Positions 13,527-26,358 of a stretch of DNA of 64,000 nucleotides are shown here, piece after piece. Source of the DNA: Octopus sinensis (Eukaryota); assembly GCF_006345805.1 (NCBI RefSeq), contig NC_043000.1, forward strand, positions 139,748,001 to 139,812,000. The letters run 5' to 3'. The notes under the pieces are model-generated. The model saw nothing but the letters and a program-made list of their open reading frames with translations, ran no database searches and was not told the origin of the DNA. Position numbers and translations under genes: made by a program. The stretch's first letter is position 1; each line of letters starts with the position of its first letter.

Positions 13527-13808
13527 ATACATAGATAGTACATAGTTACAAATATATGTATATATAGCATACGAATACTTACATATACGCACGTATACAT
13601 TCATATATATGCCCATATGTACACGATCGGTTTAACTGCCCGTCTCATATCTACGTGCTGTAGGGTCAAAATACCTCAGCAGTGAATATAATGATGAAGT
13701 AAATATATAAATTCTTCTATAAATAAGGATAAGATCGTTATTTAGAATACCGATCATATCAAGTGGCCAGAATAGGAATAAAAACCTTAAACGTATTAAT
13801 TATTATTA

Positions 13809-13846
<38 letters not shown>

Positions 13847-13847
13847 T

Positions 13848-14043
13848 AGAACTGGCAGAATGGTTACTGCACCAGGATAAATGCTACCAGTATTTCTTCT
13901 GACTTTACATTCTGAGGTCAAATGTCACTTGTGTCAGCTTTGCCTTTCGTCCTACTAGGGTCAATAAAATAAGTATCAACTGAAAACTGGGATTGATGTA
14001 ATCGACTTACCTACTCCTTGAAATTAAAAGGCCATGTGCCAAA

Positions 14044-14046
<3 letters not shown>
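13848..14046 (+). mobile_element. SINE family A copy
   Basis: CTGGCAGAATGGTTA...TTCTGAGGTCAAAT...GATGTAATCGACT homology. Confidence 0.75.
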
Positions 14047-14089
<43 letters not shown>

Positions 14090-14099
14090 TATATAGAAG

Positions 14100-14152
14100 G
14101 AGCTTCTACAGGACTAGAACTGTTTCATTCAAGAGAAATCTTCAGGAAGCTC
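14100..14152 (-). ncRNA. Type I hammerhead ribozyme (family P2, copy a; GUA site)
   Basis: Minus strand: GAGCTTC CTGAAGA T-TTC-TCTT-GAA-T GAAA CAG TTCTAGTC CTG TA GAAGCTC. All core nucleotides are present. Confidence 0.8.
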
Positions 14153-14187
14153 ATACATAGTAGAGTAAAATTAATTTATTATATAGA

Positions 14188-14244
14188 AGGAGCTTCTACA
14201 GGACTAGAACTGTTTCATTCAAGAGAAATCTTCAGGAAGCTCCT
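14188..14244 (-). ncRNA. Type I hammerhead ribozyme (family P2, copy b; GUA site)
   Basis: Same core as copy a, 90 bp away, with a 9-bp stem I AGGAGCTTC/GAAGCTCCT. Confidence 0.8.
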
Positions 14245-15224
14245 GTAGTGAGTACCTTATTTACTGTGGTTAACCCTGAATCAACCCGGGACCTACATAT
14301 ATATATATATATATATATATATAACAATGTATGCATATATATATACATATATACTCACACACACCAGTTTTATGCATATATATATTTATTCATTTATCTA
14401 ATTACATATCTATTTATACGTATGTATAATTGCATGTAATTGGTTTCAATGGTTTAACTGAAAGTAGATAAAGCTAGTAATATTTACACATGTATTCTGG
14501 GTATATTGGGTTAAAAAACACATAATTACACATTTATGTTGGGTTAAGAAACCTCGTTGGATAGAAATATTTGAAGGCTGTGAACACATGTTTTCTGTAA
14601 ACATGATAGATATTTTATCATTGAACCAAAGCAAGACTTCAAGTTAATCTCTCCATTTTAGAAACTTTGTTGTTACCAGCAAGAATTGTATATTGTCCAC
14701 TTCATAAAACGTTAGAAACTTTGGGAGAACAGGAATTTATTTTAAGAGTTGAACGCAAAGAGTAAAGCTATAAATAATAGCATCTTTTATTTTTATGCTT
14801 TACTTGTTTCAGTCATTAGATAATCCCATTAGATGATAGTTGAAATGTCTAGAGAAGATTTGAACATGTCATCTTTAATCAGTTTGTCATTTCTGAGAAA
14901 TGGCAGCCAAATATCCCATAAATTAAGTAATTAGCTTCTAACACAATTCTAGGATTAATCAATTCATTATTATTGTCGTATAAATCACCAGTAACAAATT
15001 GGTGACTATAACAATTTCATCACTATTTTTGCTTTTGAGCCTAAGGAAATTTTTTGCTTGATTTTGTCTTGAAATGTTTTTGATAAGCAGCCAGAATTTC
15101 ATCAACAAAACTTTAATCATCTTGTGCATGCATCTAAAATGGAATTTTAACCTGATAATACATGTGTATATACATATATATATCCCTCCATCCATCTGTC
15201 TATCAATCCATAATACATACATAT

Positions 15225-16620
15225 ATTGAGCCATCCCATAAATAATGCGATTTTTTTATACTTCTTTTATTTCTAAAAATTAAGATAAACAAATTTCTTT
15301 TTTAATCTAAAATATACTCTCCTTCATTTTCTATAATGCCCTTCTATCTATCTGGTAGACCTTAAGACTCCTCTTACAAAATTTCCTTGTCTGTGAGGGA
15401 AAATCTGACCTCGTGTACAGAATTCATATTTTTTCTGTCCAAATTATTTTGAAGGCTGCAAAATAAATAATAATCAAATGGAGCAATGTCACACAGATAT
15501 GGTGGGTGGGGCATCGTTTTCCATTGAAACTGCTCCAGCCTTTGGAATGTCATCCTTGCTGTATGTGGCTGAACATTATCCTGATGGAAGAATGCCTTTC
15601 ATCTTGACACAAGAAGTGGTCATTTTGCTTCTAGTGTTGACTTAAGCAGCTCAAGTTGTTCACAGTAGATCTCCTTTGTTATTGTTTATGTAGGTGAAGA
15701 CCTTCTTTAGCCAAGCTTGCCAGTGTTTCGCCTTTCTCTACCCACTGTCTTTGGCACTTGACATTTTTACAGAAAACCCATTTATCATTACCAGTAACTA
15801 TTCAGTCCAAAAAAGGTTCATTCGTAAGATGTAACAGCAAAGACGTGTATTAATTCACTCTCGGTGCATGATTAGATCTGGAAAGTTTATGAGAACCTGT
15901 TGACCCAATTTGATGACGTTTCTGATGGCACACAGGTGTCGATGAATGGTTGAATGACCTAATACAGGCTTCTCTACTAGTTCCTCAACAGTTACGATGG
16001 GATTTTGTTCTTATTTCTTTTTATTGCCTACAAGGGGCTAAACATAGAGGGGACAAACAAGGACATTAAGTCGATTACATCGCCCCCAATGCATAAGTGG
16101 TACTTAATTTATCGACTCAGAACGTAACGGCAGATGAAATACCACTAAGCATTTTGCCCGGTGTGCTAATGTTTCTGCCAGCTCGCCACCTGGGAAATTG
16201 CCGATGGGATTTTGTTCTATCAGGATTTGCAGGACGTCCTTGTCAAGCTCTACAGATCTTCCAGTACGACACTCATCTTCTAGGCTGTAATTTCTGGCTT
16301 GGAATTTCTAGAACCACTGTAGACACTGGCTTACATTTAAGTCTGATACTTATATACTGCATTAATATTCTTCACACTTTCTGTTGTGTTGTTGCCTTTA
16401 TTGAATCTAGAAAGCAAAATATGCCAAATATACTCCCTTGTCACTTCCGTTATAACTTTGAAAATATCAATAATAAAATTGAACTGAACTCTTGAACATT
16501 TGTACTAAGAATAAATATAGGCAAAATTCTTACCTGCTTTTATAGCAAGTTGATGCAGGTAGTTTATTCTGTCCCCCTCCAATTCTTAGTTCCTGCAACT
16601 GGAAAAACCACATTAATTAT
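15225..16620 (-). mobile_element. Mariner transposon with pseudogenised transposase, interrupted by a SINE
   Basis: Minus-strand pieces: EVTREYIWHILLSRFNKG; QWF*KFQARNYSLEDECRTGRS; IVTGNDKWVFCKN (the DEKW motif); HQDNVQPHTAR and HPPYLCDIAPFDYYLF (the HDNARPH and HPPYSPDLAPSDY motifs). Many stops and frameshifts. Confidence 0.9.
16012..16192 (-). mobile_element. SINE family A copy (internally deleted) inserted in the mariner
   Basis: Family A head and tail on the minus strand. 17-bp TSD CGATGGGATTTTGTTCT at 15995-16011 and 16202-16218. Confidence 0.9.
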
Positions 16621-16840
16621 ACATATATGTACATATGTATATATTTATTTATACACACACATACATATATATATATACTGAAGTACATTTGCCATTTAAA
16701 TATGGCTACTCCTAAGGGTGGATGCTACTGTAGCTTGTCGTCCCAGGAGGACACCTCCTCCAGCTGGCTATCAACACACTTTCTGTGCCCTATCAGTATT
16801 TGCAAATGGAAGCCATCCTTCCCGTCTTCAACCTATGATA

Positions 16841-16885
16841 CACATGGACTCGAGTTTCTGGGTATTGACCCGTCATCAGCGTGTG
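16841..16885 (-). ncRNA. Type I hammerhead ribozyme (GUC site)
   Basis: Minus strand: CACACG CTGATGA C-GGGT-CAAT-ACCC-A GAAA CTCGAG TC CATGTG. Palindromic stem III (ACTCGAGT). Both mismatches are consistent with CpG decay. Confidence 0.8.
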
Positions 16886-16899
16886 ACAATCACATATAT

Positions 16900-17100
16900 A
16901 TATAGTCAGATGCCATGATAGATCGGTAGCCACTACACACATTTTTTTCTCTCCTTGTTTTTTCTGTGTCCCTTTCTGTAGAAGAGTGTAGGCTCGAAAC
17001 GTAAAAGACTTTTTCTATTCCTGACCATTATAGTAATACATCTGTTCGTTTTGTACACCACCTGTCTTCGTCTTTTGTTTTTTTTTCATAAATTCTCCCT
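16900..17100 (+). mobile_element. PLE pLTR-like element (family P3) with a core-variant hammerhead at 16972-17007
   Basis: CTTT CTGTAGA A GAGT-GTAG-GCTC GAAA C GTA AAAG. Homologous to 50115-50365, with a decayed copy at ~46850-46980. Confidence 0.65.
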
Positions 17101-17116
17101 ATATATATATATATAT

Positions 17117-17201
<85 letters not shown>

Positions 17202-18198
17202 TATCTATATATATGTGCATATATAGATATGTAGGTATGTATGCATCTAATGTCTAACCCATGCCAGCATGGTGAAGAGAAGTTAAATTATGATGATATG
17301 TGTGTATGAGCGTATACGTGTGCATGTGTATGCATGTGTGTGTGTGCAGGCATGTGTGCACGTGCACAATGTATATCCACATACATGTACATACAGTGAA
17401 TGAGAGGTTTGTAGCCCACCTGCTTGCAGGGATGCCCCCACAGTGCTCATCAAGAAAATTAGCCGACCAGATGCCCTCTACCTCTGCCTCTACCTCTGCC
17501 TCTCCAATTTATCTGCAGCAAGAGCCTTCATCACTTCTGCTAGCTAATGTGATATTCATTAATTATACATTGTTTCCACTGCACAGAATTGTAAACTGAA
17601 CATTATGAGACTTTTCCATGGATGTAGAGCAATATCAATAACAGACTGTGATCTGTTAAACATTGGCTCATACCCCAGCAGCATATTACAGCATTCACCT
17701 GCTGTTTTCATTTATTTATTTATAGAGTAGCCTCTCTCTTTCTCTATTTATCATTTCATCCATCCAGCTCTCCATATCTTCATTCATCCATTTTTCTGTC
17801 TGTATGTGGTTAATGATACATTTCTGTGTTTACAGAATGATATCAGTATGGCTCTGCATCTCAAAAAGCGTGCAATAGAATTACTGAATTATATAATTAA
17901 TAAACATATTTGTTTATGTCGTAAGAGATTTCCTTTCATAGATGGATCAGATATTAAGCAGTCAGTACGTTCATAGCATTACACTTTTTTCTTAAACATA
18001 CACTGCCAATGATTCATTGTTTCTGACCATGTGCTGGTATTTATGCACCATATAGATACAAGCACATATTTTAAATATTGAACTATAATTGTCAATACTC
18101 TTCCATATCATGTGTGTGTGCGTGTGAGTGTATATATCTATGTGTGTGTATTATGTGTCTATATGTGTATCTCTCTTTATATATATATATAAATGAAT

Positions 18199-18441
18199 GC
18201 GCCCTTTTAGAGCCTAGCCTGGCTCATGGGCCCGGTTTCCCCGTTTTAATGGCATATGTGTTTCCCAGCTGGATGGGACGCCTGTCCATCGTAGCATTAC
18301 TCATTTTTGCCAGCTGAGTGGACTGGAGCAATGTGAAATGAAGTGTTTTGCTCAAGAACACAACGTGTCACCCGATCCAGGAGTTGAAACCGCAATCTTA
18401 CGGTCATGATGTTGTCACCCTAACCACTAAGCCACGTGCCT
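18199..18441 (-). mobile_element. tRNA-derived CORE-like SINE (family D)
   Basis: Shares the GAGCAATGTGAAATGAAGTGTTTTGCTCAAGAACACAA block and the tRNA-like head with 11.65-12.0 kb. Confidence 0.75.
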
Positions 18442-19199
18442 CCACACACACACACACACACATATATATACATACACATACACACATGAATACAGGTGCT
18501 TATGCATATATAAGGATATTTCTATCAATGCATATATGCATGTTTGCATGTGAGTGTATATATCATCACTTAACTGTCAAAATGCAGCCGGTTTGAGGAG
18601 CAACCCATCAACTCTCCACTTGTCCTTCTTTATATTCACTCTCTCACCTACCTCCAGCCCTCCATTTCTATCCATCTCTCACCCTCCCATACATACATGC
18701 AACTTCTAATCATCTTCACTTCCTCTTCTCCTGTCACCACTCTCCTTGTATCTTGAGGTTCCACCCTGATATCTTATCACAACTATTTTAATCACTTTCC
18801 ACTTACTCCCTGATCACTTTCCCCCCCTTGTAATGTGAATAGCTATATGGGTTTTCTACAGAATAAACCCTATTCGATTCTTTTATATGTTAACTCTTTA
18901 TCTCTTAGCATAAAGCTATCTTTCTCTCTGCTGTAGCTCCACTTAGTTGAAAGGATCTTAAGCTTGCAAGTTGCATGGTGACCTCATTAATGCTGATTCC
19001 ACAAAAAAATGCATCTGGTGCATTCTGTAAATTGGTCTGCATTAGGAAGGGCATCAAGTTCTAGAAACCATACCTAAACAGACATTGCAACATGAATCCT
19101 TAGACTCATCTGATCCTGTCGAACTTTCCAACCCATGGCCACAGAGAGCACAGATGAGGATGATAATGATGATGGTGATGATGATGATGACAAAGATGA

Positions 19200-19280
<81 letters not shown>

Positions 19281-20639
19281 AGTGATGATGATGTGATGGT
19301 AGTGGTGGTGGTGGTAGTAAAAATGATCAGATTGTTTTCCATATCCTACTGCCTGCCTGTGGTGTTTAAAGGCCTTGTAAAAGATGATATCAGTAGTATC
19401 TCAAACTTACCCCCAATAAAGACTATATTACTGACATTCTTAGCCCTGGCCCCCTCATTATAAAGCTCCACTACAAAATCGTCTGGTTGGCCCCTCTTTC
19501 TCATTTAACATGTAAACTTACATGTACACTTAAATGCTTATGGTCTTGATAAATGGGTAGAACGTTTACATATGATAAATGTTGCAGAAGAACATTAATG
19601 ATCTCATTCTGCAGCATACATATCTTCAAAAGAATATTCAATAAGCCATGAACAGAGGCAAGAAACTCCTGTAGGTTTGACAGTGAGTGCCCAGGGTACA
19701 GTCAATGCAATACAGAAGCAGTAATCTACAACAGAAGTAGCATTGACCAACGCCAATGAGAAGAAGCACAGACAGAAATTTGTTAGGACAACAAAAGAGA
19801 TTTTAAGGCCAGGTTAAATAATCCCAGATCCTTTTTTAGGGTCCAGAAAGGTATAATGTTACCACTTTGGCCCAGTTATGTATGGCAATTGAAAGAGGGG
19901 GAAATGTCATGTAAAACCAAGTGGAGATTTTTTGAAATGGTCTTGGCTGTATATTAATGAAAGAGATTCAGAGTCAGCGTGGTGGAAAAGAGTGTCACTC
20001 TCAAATATTCAAATAGTATGGGTGCTTTCCTGAACTTGAATAGCAAAATTTTCAGATACTGTCTACATGTAGGCAAATTCATTGTATGAATACTGTCATC
20101 CTCTTTAAAACCAGAGAACCACACACAAAGGTTACACACTTCACCCATAGCTAACACAATTTCAAAGAGATTAACTCATCTTCTTTTTATTCATCCCAAA
20201 ATATCTTTCCTAAATTTCGTTCTTCCATTTTGCCAAAAAAATGTTTTTGTATCCTCCAGTGCAAAAAGGTTATTTACTTTCAGTCAGCATATCAGAAAAG
20301 ATTTTGATATTGTCAGTGGCAATATTCTGTGCAAAACCGACGATGGTAGCATTCTGAAATTATATGCTCTAACCAGTAACATGCTGTTTTATGATATAAA
20401 ATATATGTGTACACACGAGTGCGCGCACATGTGTGTATGTAGTTATAGTCGTGAATATAATATATGAATAGGTGCTATGTCATTATAAGTGGGTTTTTTT
20501 TTACAAATGTGGCTGAAGATTAGATCTCAGCGAGCTGAAGCTTAATTCAGTGTCTTTAGTTATAATAACCTTGAGTTTTTAATGCCTTGTGTGTAGAATT
20601 TGATTGGTAAAATCTAACCAGAATCCTGTCATATTTTTA

Positions 20640-20825
20640 TCGATGTGTGTATGTATATACGTATGCATGTATGTTTGCCTATTAGTATATATGTGTGTGT
20701 ATTTGTGTATGCATGTATATGTATGTATGCATGTATGTATATATGTATGTGTGTGAATGTATGCATGCATACATATGTGTATGTTTGCCTATTAGTATAT
20801 ATGTGTGTGTATTTGTGTATGCATG

Positions 20826-20857
<32 letters not shown>

Positions 20858-21025
20858 TGTGTGTGAATGCATGCATACATGTATGTATGTTTGCCTATTA
20901 GTATATATGTATGTGTATTTGTGTATGCATCTATATGTATGTATGTATATATGTATGTGTGTGAATGCATTCATGCATACATGTATGTATGTACTCTGTA
21001 TGTATGTATGTATATATGTATGTAT
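20640..21025. repeat. Minisatellite of ~110-bp units built from degenerate TG/TA repeats
   Basis: GTTTGCCTATTAGTATATATG recurs at ~20672, ~20783 and ~20890. Confidence 0.85.
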
Positions 21026-21745
21026 GAAAGCATGTGTCCTTATCCATGTGGGACTATTTCTATCACTGTAAACTTTATGTTGAGTTATATTTCTCTATGT
21101 GAAAACTATAACCTAGCAATTTGATTACTAGTGATTGACAAAATAAGTATCACACTGAAATAAGCGGTGAGTTCGATAAGATCAACTAATTATCTGGAAG
21201 GCAGTGCACCAGCTTAGTTATAGTTCAATGATCGAGAGCAACAAGAGGATAAATGAATATGAGTTAAATGAATTAAATTCAACCGAGATTTCCGTGGACA
21301 ATTTTAAATCCCTTAGGACAGGCCGAGCATTTTACTTGATACAGAGAACTCTTTTATCGTGATTCGTTGCATCAAAAGAGTAAATGAAATTGTGATTTCT
21401 TGAAAATGGAATGTTTTTTTTCTTTTATTGTATTTTCTTTACATGTAGTTGTTTATTCACTTACGCGTTTTATCTATTTACTAGATGTGGAAATCAAATA
21501 TAAGAACAGTTGTTTGGTTTACAGATCAATGTCTTTATTGAATTAGATCTCCTACCTAAAAAACAAAAGATAAAAATATGAAAGGAAAAACAAAGGAAGA
21601 TGAAGAGAAAATAAGCACAAAAGTTTTTTAAGTTATAACCTCTTTTGCATTTTCACATGTGGCATGACGGTAGATGGTGCAATGGTGTGGTGGTTATCAA
21701 ACATGCTTCCTATTCTCAAGGATGTTCCATCTCCCTCTCTCTTTC

Positions 21746-21786
<41 letters not shown>

Positions 21787-23033
21787 TTATCTATCTATAC
21801 ATGCATTCATACACACATACATACATACATACATACATATACACACATACATACATACACACATATAGACATATACACACATTCATACACACAGACATAC
21901 ATACACACATACATACATACACACACATACATACATACATACATACATACATACATACATACATACTTACATACAACTATGAACATAAACATATAACATA
22001 TATCATTAGAAACTGCAGCACTGACTCCCTACTCTGAATTGCGTACTGCCAATAATTCAAACAATTTTATAGATGTATGTGTGTGTAATTGTGTATGTAA
22101 ATAATTAGATCTTTTCTTCTCTTCTAATGCCACTAATGTCATTAACCCAAGAATGAATACAATGCATCTTTGACATATGTATTGGAAAGACCATCTAGGC
22201 AAAGAATTAGGCAGTTTCCTTTTGATACATCCTTAAACGTTTTCAACTCCTTTCACTTATATCTTTATATCAGATTTGACCGTATTATAGTATTTTCATA
22301 CTTCTCTTCTAACATCTCTGTCCAAGTTACTTGAAATCAACCTTTATTTAATATTTAGGACTTTGATTAATGTTCACTTAGGGTTTTATCTTGGGGAATT
22401 AACGACAGAAGCATATTGAACTTTCGTTTCTTTACCCCTTCTTCTATGTTATTGGTAATTCTAACATATTATGCTTTTCCAATATGTCCTTGTAGTTAGG
22501 AAACATGCACACACATGCAGATACATACATAAACGTACACAAAAAACTGGGATTGGCAAGAACCATATAGACACACATGGACGTATTCTTATATGTAGTT
22601 TATTTTGTGGGGAGCTGGAAATTATTCTTTGAAGATGAAGAACATATTAATAATTATAATCACTTTTATGTTAGGTACAAGAACACAAAGTTTTGGTAGA
22701 GTACGTAATTGATTTGACCATCTGTAATCCTTGACTGGTACTTACTGTAATACACAAAATATGAGTGGCAAAGTTGACCAAGGCAGAATTCAAACTTAGT
22801 GATGTAACAGTATGGCAACATATTCTGACTACTGTTTGACAAACATAGATAATCTGCCTTTCTTCTGTTAATGATAAATAATAATAATGATGATGAATGG
22901 TAGAATTTGGATGTTGATACTACTCACCATAAGAAACCCCAGAATGTAGCGTTGCAATAATGTACAATAAAATTCAGCACAGTTAAGTAAGTACAAATAA
23001 TAAACATAAGCTGGTACTTGATTGAGATACTAA

Positions 23034-23413
23034 TCTCTTATATAAAATCTGTTCTGTGTGTGTGTGTGTGCGTGGCTTCTAGGATCTCAGGCATCCTCCA
23101 TTCGATTGCGCTCAAATTTGATATATAGATACCCACAGTATCAGGGCGTGTATAAGTCTTGAAAAAATTACAAAATCTTTTCCAGGTGAGAATGCGATTG
23201 ATAAAGCCATGGGAAATCGTTTTTCCATGGAATAGAAAAAAAAGTCTATCGTTATTTCTTCTTTTGTTGGTGTCTTATATTTAGGTTAAATCAGTGTTTC
23301 TCAAAGGGGAGAGGCCTATGAGACGGTCAGACAAGTTATTTTGAGAAAATTTGGTTTAAATATTTGACAACTCAGCACCGTCCATTGGACGGGGGGGGGC
23401 GGAGTTTTGCTAG
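23034..23413 (+). mobile_element. Non-autonomous Helitron (~380 bp, a second family)
   Basis: A|TCTCTTATATAAAA 5' end. Hairpin CCGTCC-ATT-GGACGG (23378-23392). CTAG|T at 23410-23414. Confidence 0.8.
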
Positions 23414-24559
23414 TAATTATATAAGGTCATATGTGTGTTCATATTAGGATGATGATCATGAAGCTGATGTTAGCAATGCTCATTGTCATATATATATATA
23501 TATATAAGATAGATAGATATAGTAAGTTTTATATATATTTATATTATATATGTATATGTGTATGTGTGTGTGTATACATATAGTGTTGTATATATTTTAT
23601 ATACACAAATGATGTAGTGATATATTGTTCATATAATGTCAAAAATGTTAATGTTTATTTGGTTTTGCTGTATACTTATCTAATGTCATTCATTCATTCA
23701 CTTATTTATGAATATGCTCTTTATTTTTTCCTTCTTGTGATTCATCATATTTCTGCCTGATTTAGTCTGTATTTATTTTATTTTTTATGATGTATAGCCT
23801 AGGTCAAAGAAACAAATCATTTAAATATCAGTAAAATGAAAATTTCATAACATTTCTGAAAAAAACAGCATTTCTTTTACTTTCACTATCCACAAACAAA
23901 CATTGTTGACTTTAATAGTTTAGAACAAAACATATGAGGTAAACAGAATTAAAGATGTAGTGCAAAAACAAAAAGAGTAATATATCATTCTTCTTAACCT
24001 AGCAAGAATTTTGGTATCTCATAGCTTTCGTTTTATATCCTCAGGTCTAGAAAAATATACAAAAAAAAAAAATACAAGGAAACAAAAAATCTTAGAAAAT
24101 TAATTGTTTCTGTATATTGTTAATGTTGTTTTGTTTAGCTTAAGTTAGCTCTGAGTTGACCTTTCATCAAAGGCATTCTTGCTATTTTTATATCATTTTT
24201 ACTTAAGTTTTACTGTGCCTAATGTTACTTTAATCTATGTATTCTCCTTTTTGTGATACCATAGAGTTAACTGAAGAAAACTTTGGTTACTACTTTTTGG
24301 TTACTCTGTGCATAAATATATGTAGTATCAGATTTACATGCTTAAAACTTATTTCATATTTCTTTGTAGTAATAGACTTGAATATTCAGTAAATCTATCT
24401 CATCATTTGCGAGGAACATGTTGGAGTACAATGTCCTCAAGGAGAAGAACTTTGAAACCAGTTGCTTGTTTTGGGCTAGTCACATGAATTGTTATCTTAT
24501 TCACAAAGTACAAATATTACAAAAGTGAAAAATATATTGTAATATGATATTTGATGTCT

Positions 24560-24745
24560 TTCTTAGAGGAGTACAGATGAGCCGAGAGAAAAGCTGGTTT
24601 GAGGAACATCAGGTAGAGTGTGGAAGAAAGAGATTGCTACTTTGGTACAAAATCTAATGCATGTAGATGACGATAGATGGATAAAGAAGTGCCAGAGGAT
24701 TTTGTATGGAATGAAACAGAGAACGAATAAAACTTGAGATGACTT
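24560..24745 (+). mobile_element. RTE LINE 3' coding relic
   Basis: Decayed REKAGLRNIR...HVDDDRWIKKC, resembling the RTE C-terminus. Confidence 0.5.
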
Positions 24746-24770
24746 AGGCAGAAATGGTAAAAGATTTTAG

Positions 24771-25168
24771 TTTTACTCTTTTACTTGTTTCAGTCATGTG
24801 ACTGTGGCCATGCTGGAGCACTGCCTTTAGTTGAGCAATTCGACCCCAGGACTTATTCTTTGTAAGCCTAGTATTTATTCTAACCATCTCTTTTGCCGAA
24901 CCACTAAGTTATGGGGATGTAAGCGCACCAGTATTGGTTGTCAAGTGATGTTGGGGGGACAAACACAGACATACAAACATATATACACACACATATACAT
25001 ATATATGACGGGCTTCTTTCAGTTTCCATCTATGAAATCCACTCACAAGGCTTTGGTCAGCTCGAGGCTATTGAGGAAGACACTTGCCCAAGGTGCCACA
25101 CAGTGGGACTGAACCCGGAACCATGTGGTTGGTAAGCAAGCTACTTACCACACAGCCACTCCTGCGCC
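24771..25168 (-). mobile_element. tRNA-derived CORE-like SINE family B (OR2-like), full length
   Basis: Minus strand: head GGCGCAGGAGTGGCTGTGTGGTAAG, B box GGTTCAGTCCC, CORE-like CACCTTGGGCAAGTGTCTT, central (TA/TG)n, tail GACTGAAACAAGTAAAAGAG. Confidence 0.9.
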
Positions 25169-25319
25169 TATAATTTGTTTAATTTCACAAAAGAGGTGTC
25201 AAAAAAATATAACAAGTGGTAGGATGCTGTGTTTGGGGGACCCAATGAAACCCATACCAACATAGAAATGTAAACTTAAAAAAGGATGATAGTGATGAGG
25301 AGGATGGTGACAAGAAGTC

Positions 25320-25850
25320 ATCCTTATCATCGTTTAGCGTTTGTTTTTCATGCTGGCATGTGTTGGACAGTTTGATTGAAAACTAGTAAGCTGGGGAGAT
25401 GCACCAGGTTCTGATCTGATTTGGCAAGGTTTCTATGGCTGGAAACCATTCCAAGAGTGTAGTGGGTGCATTTTGTGTGCCACCGACATGGGTGCCATTT
25501 ACCTGACTCTAGTATCAGTCATGACTACAGTCTCACTTGGTTTGATAGATCTACACAAGCACAGTATATCACTGAAGGTTTCGGTCATCTGTCACTACCT
25601 CCATGAGGCCCAATGCTTGAAGGGTGCTTTTTACATGCCACCAGCACAGATGCCAGTCACATGGCACCAGCATCAGAGCCATGTCTATAATTTCACTCAG
25701 CTCAACAGGTCCTTGCAAGCACAGCATATCACCCAATATTTGAAGGGTGCTTTTAATAGGCCAGTTACACAACACTGGCATCAGCCACTATTACAATCTC
25801 ACTTGGCTTGAAGGGTCTTCATATCACTGGCATATCACCAAAGGTTTCGG
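25320..25850 (-). mobile_element. RTE-tail SINE-like element (family C) with internal tandem subrepeats
   Basis: Begins with the reverse of the (GAT)n tail. TTGAAGGGTGCTTTT and AAGGTTTCGGTC blocks are repeated. Confidence 0.7.
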
Positions 25851-25960
25851 TCTTTTAAAATAGTTTCTTTATAGTTTTTTTATGTACTTCTATAGTTTCA
25901 CTAAGTAGTGGTCATGAAGAGTATTTTATTACCATAATACTATGATGGTATTTTTGTATA

Positions 25961-26358
25961 CTCTTTATACTCTTTTACTTGTTTCAGTCATTTGACTGCA
26001 CCATGCTGGAGCACCGCCTTTAATCAAGCAACTCAACCCCAGGACTTATTCTTTTGTACTTATTCTATCGATCTCTTTGGCCGAACTGTTAAGTAACGGG
26101 GACATAAACTCACCAGCATTGGTTGTCAAGTGATGTTGGGGGGACAAACACAGACACACAAACACAGACACGCATATATATATTTATATACATATATACG
26201 ACGGGCTTCTTTCAGTTTCCGTCTACCAAATCCGCTCACAAGGCTTTGGTCGGCCCGAGGCTATAGTAGAAGACACTTGCCCAAGGTGCCACGCAATGGG
26301 ACTGAACCCGGAACCATGTGGTTGGTAAACAAGCTACTTACCACACAGCCACTCCTGC
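25961..26358 (-). mobile_element. SINE family B
   Basis: Same structure as 24771-25168. Confidence 0.9.

Noticed and set aside
24015-24055. Minus-strand CTGAGGA...GAAAGCTA
   Set aside because: Stems I and II do not pair, so it is likely chance.
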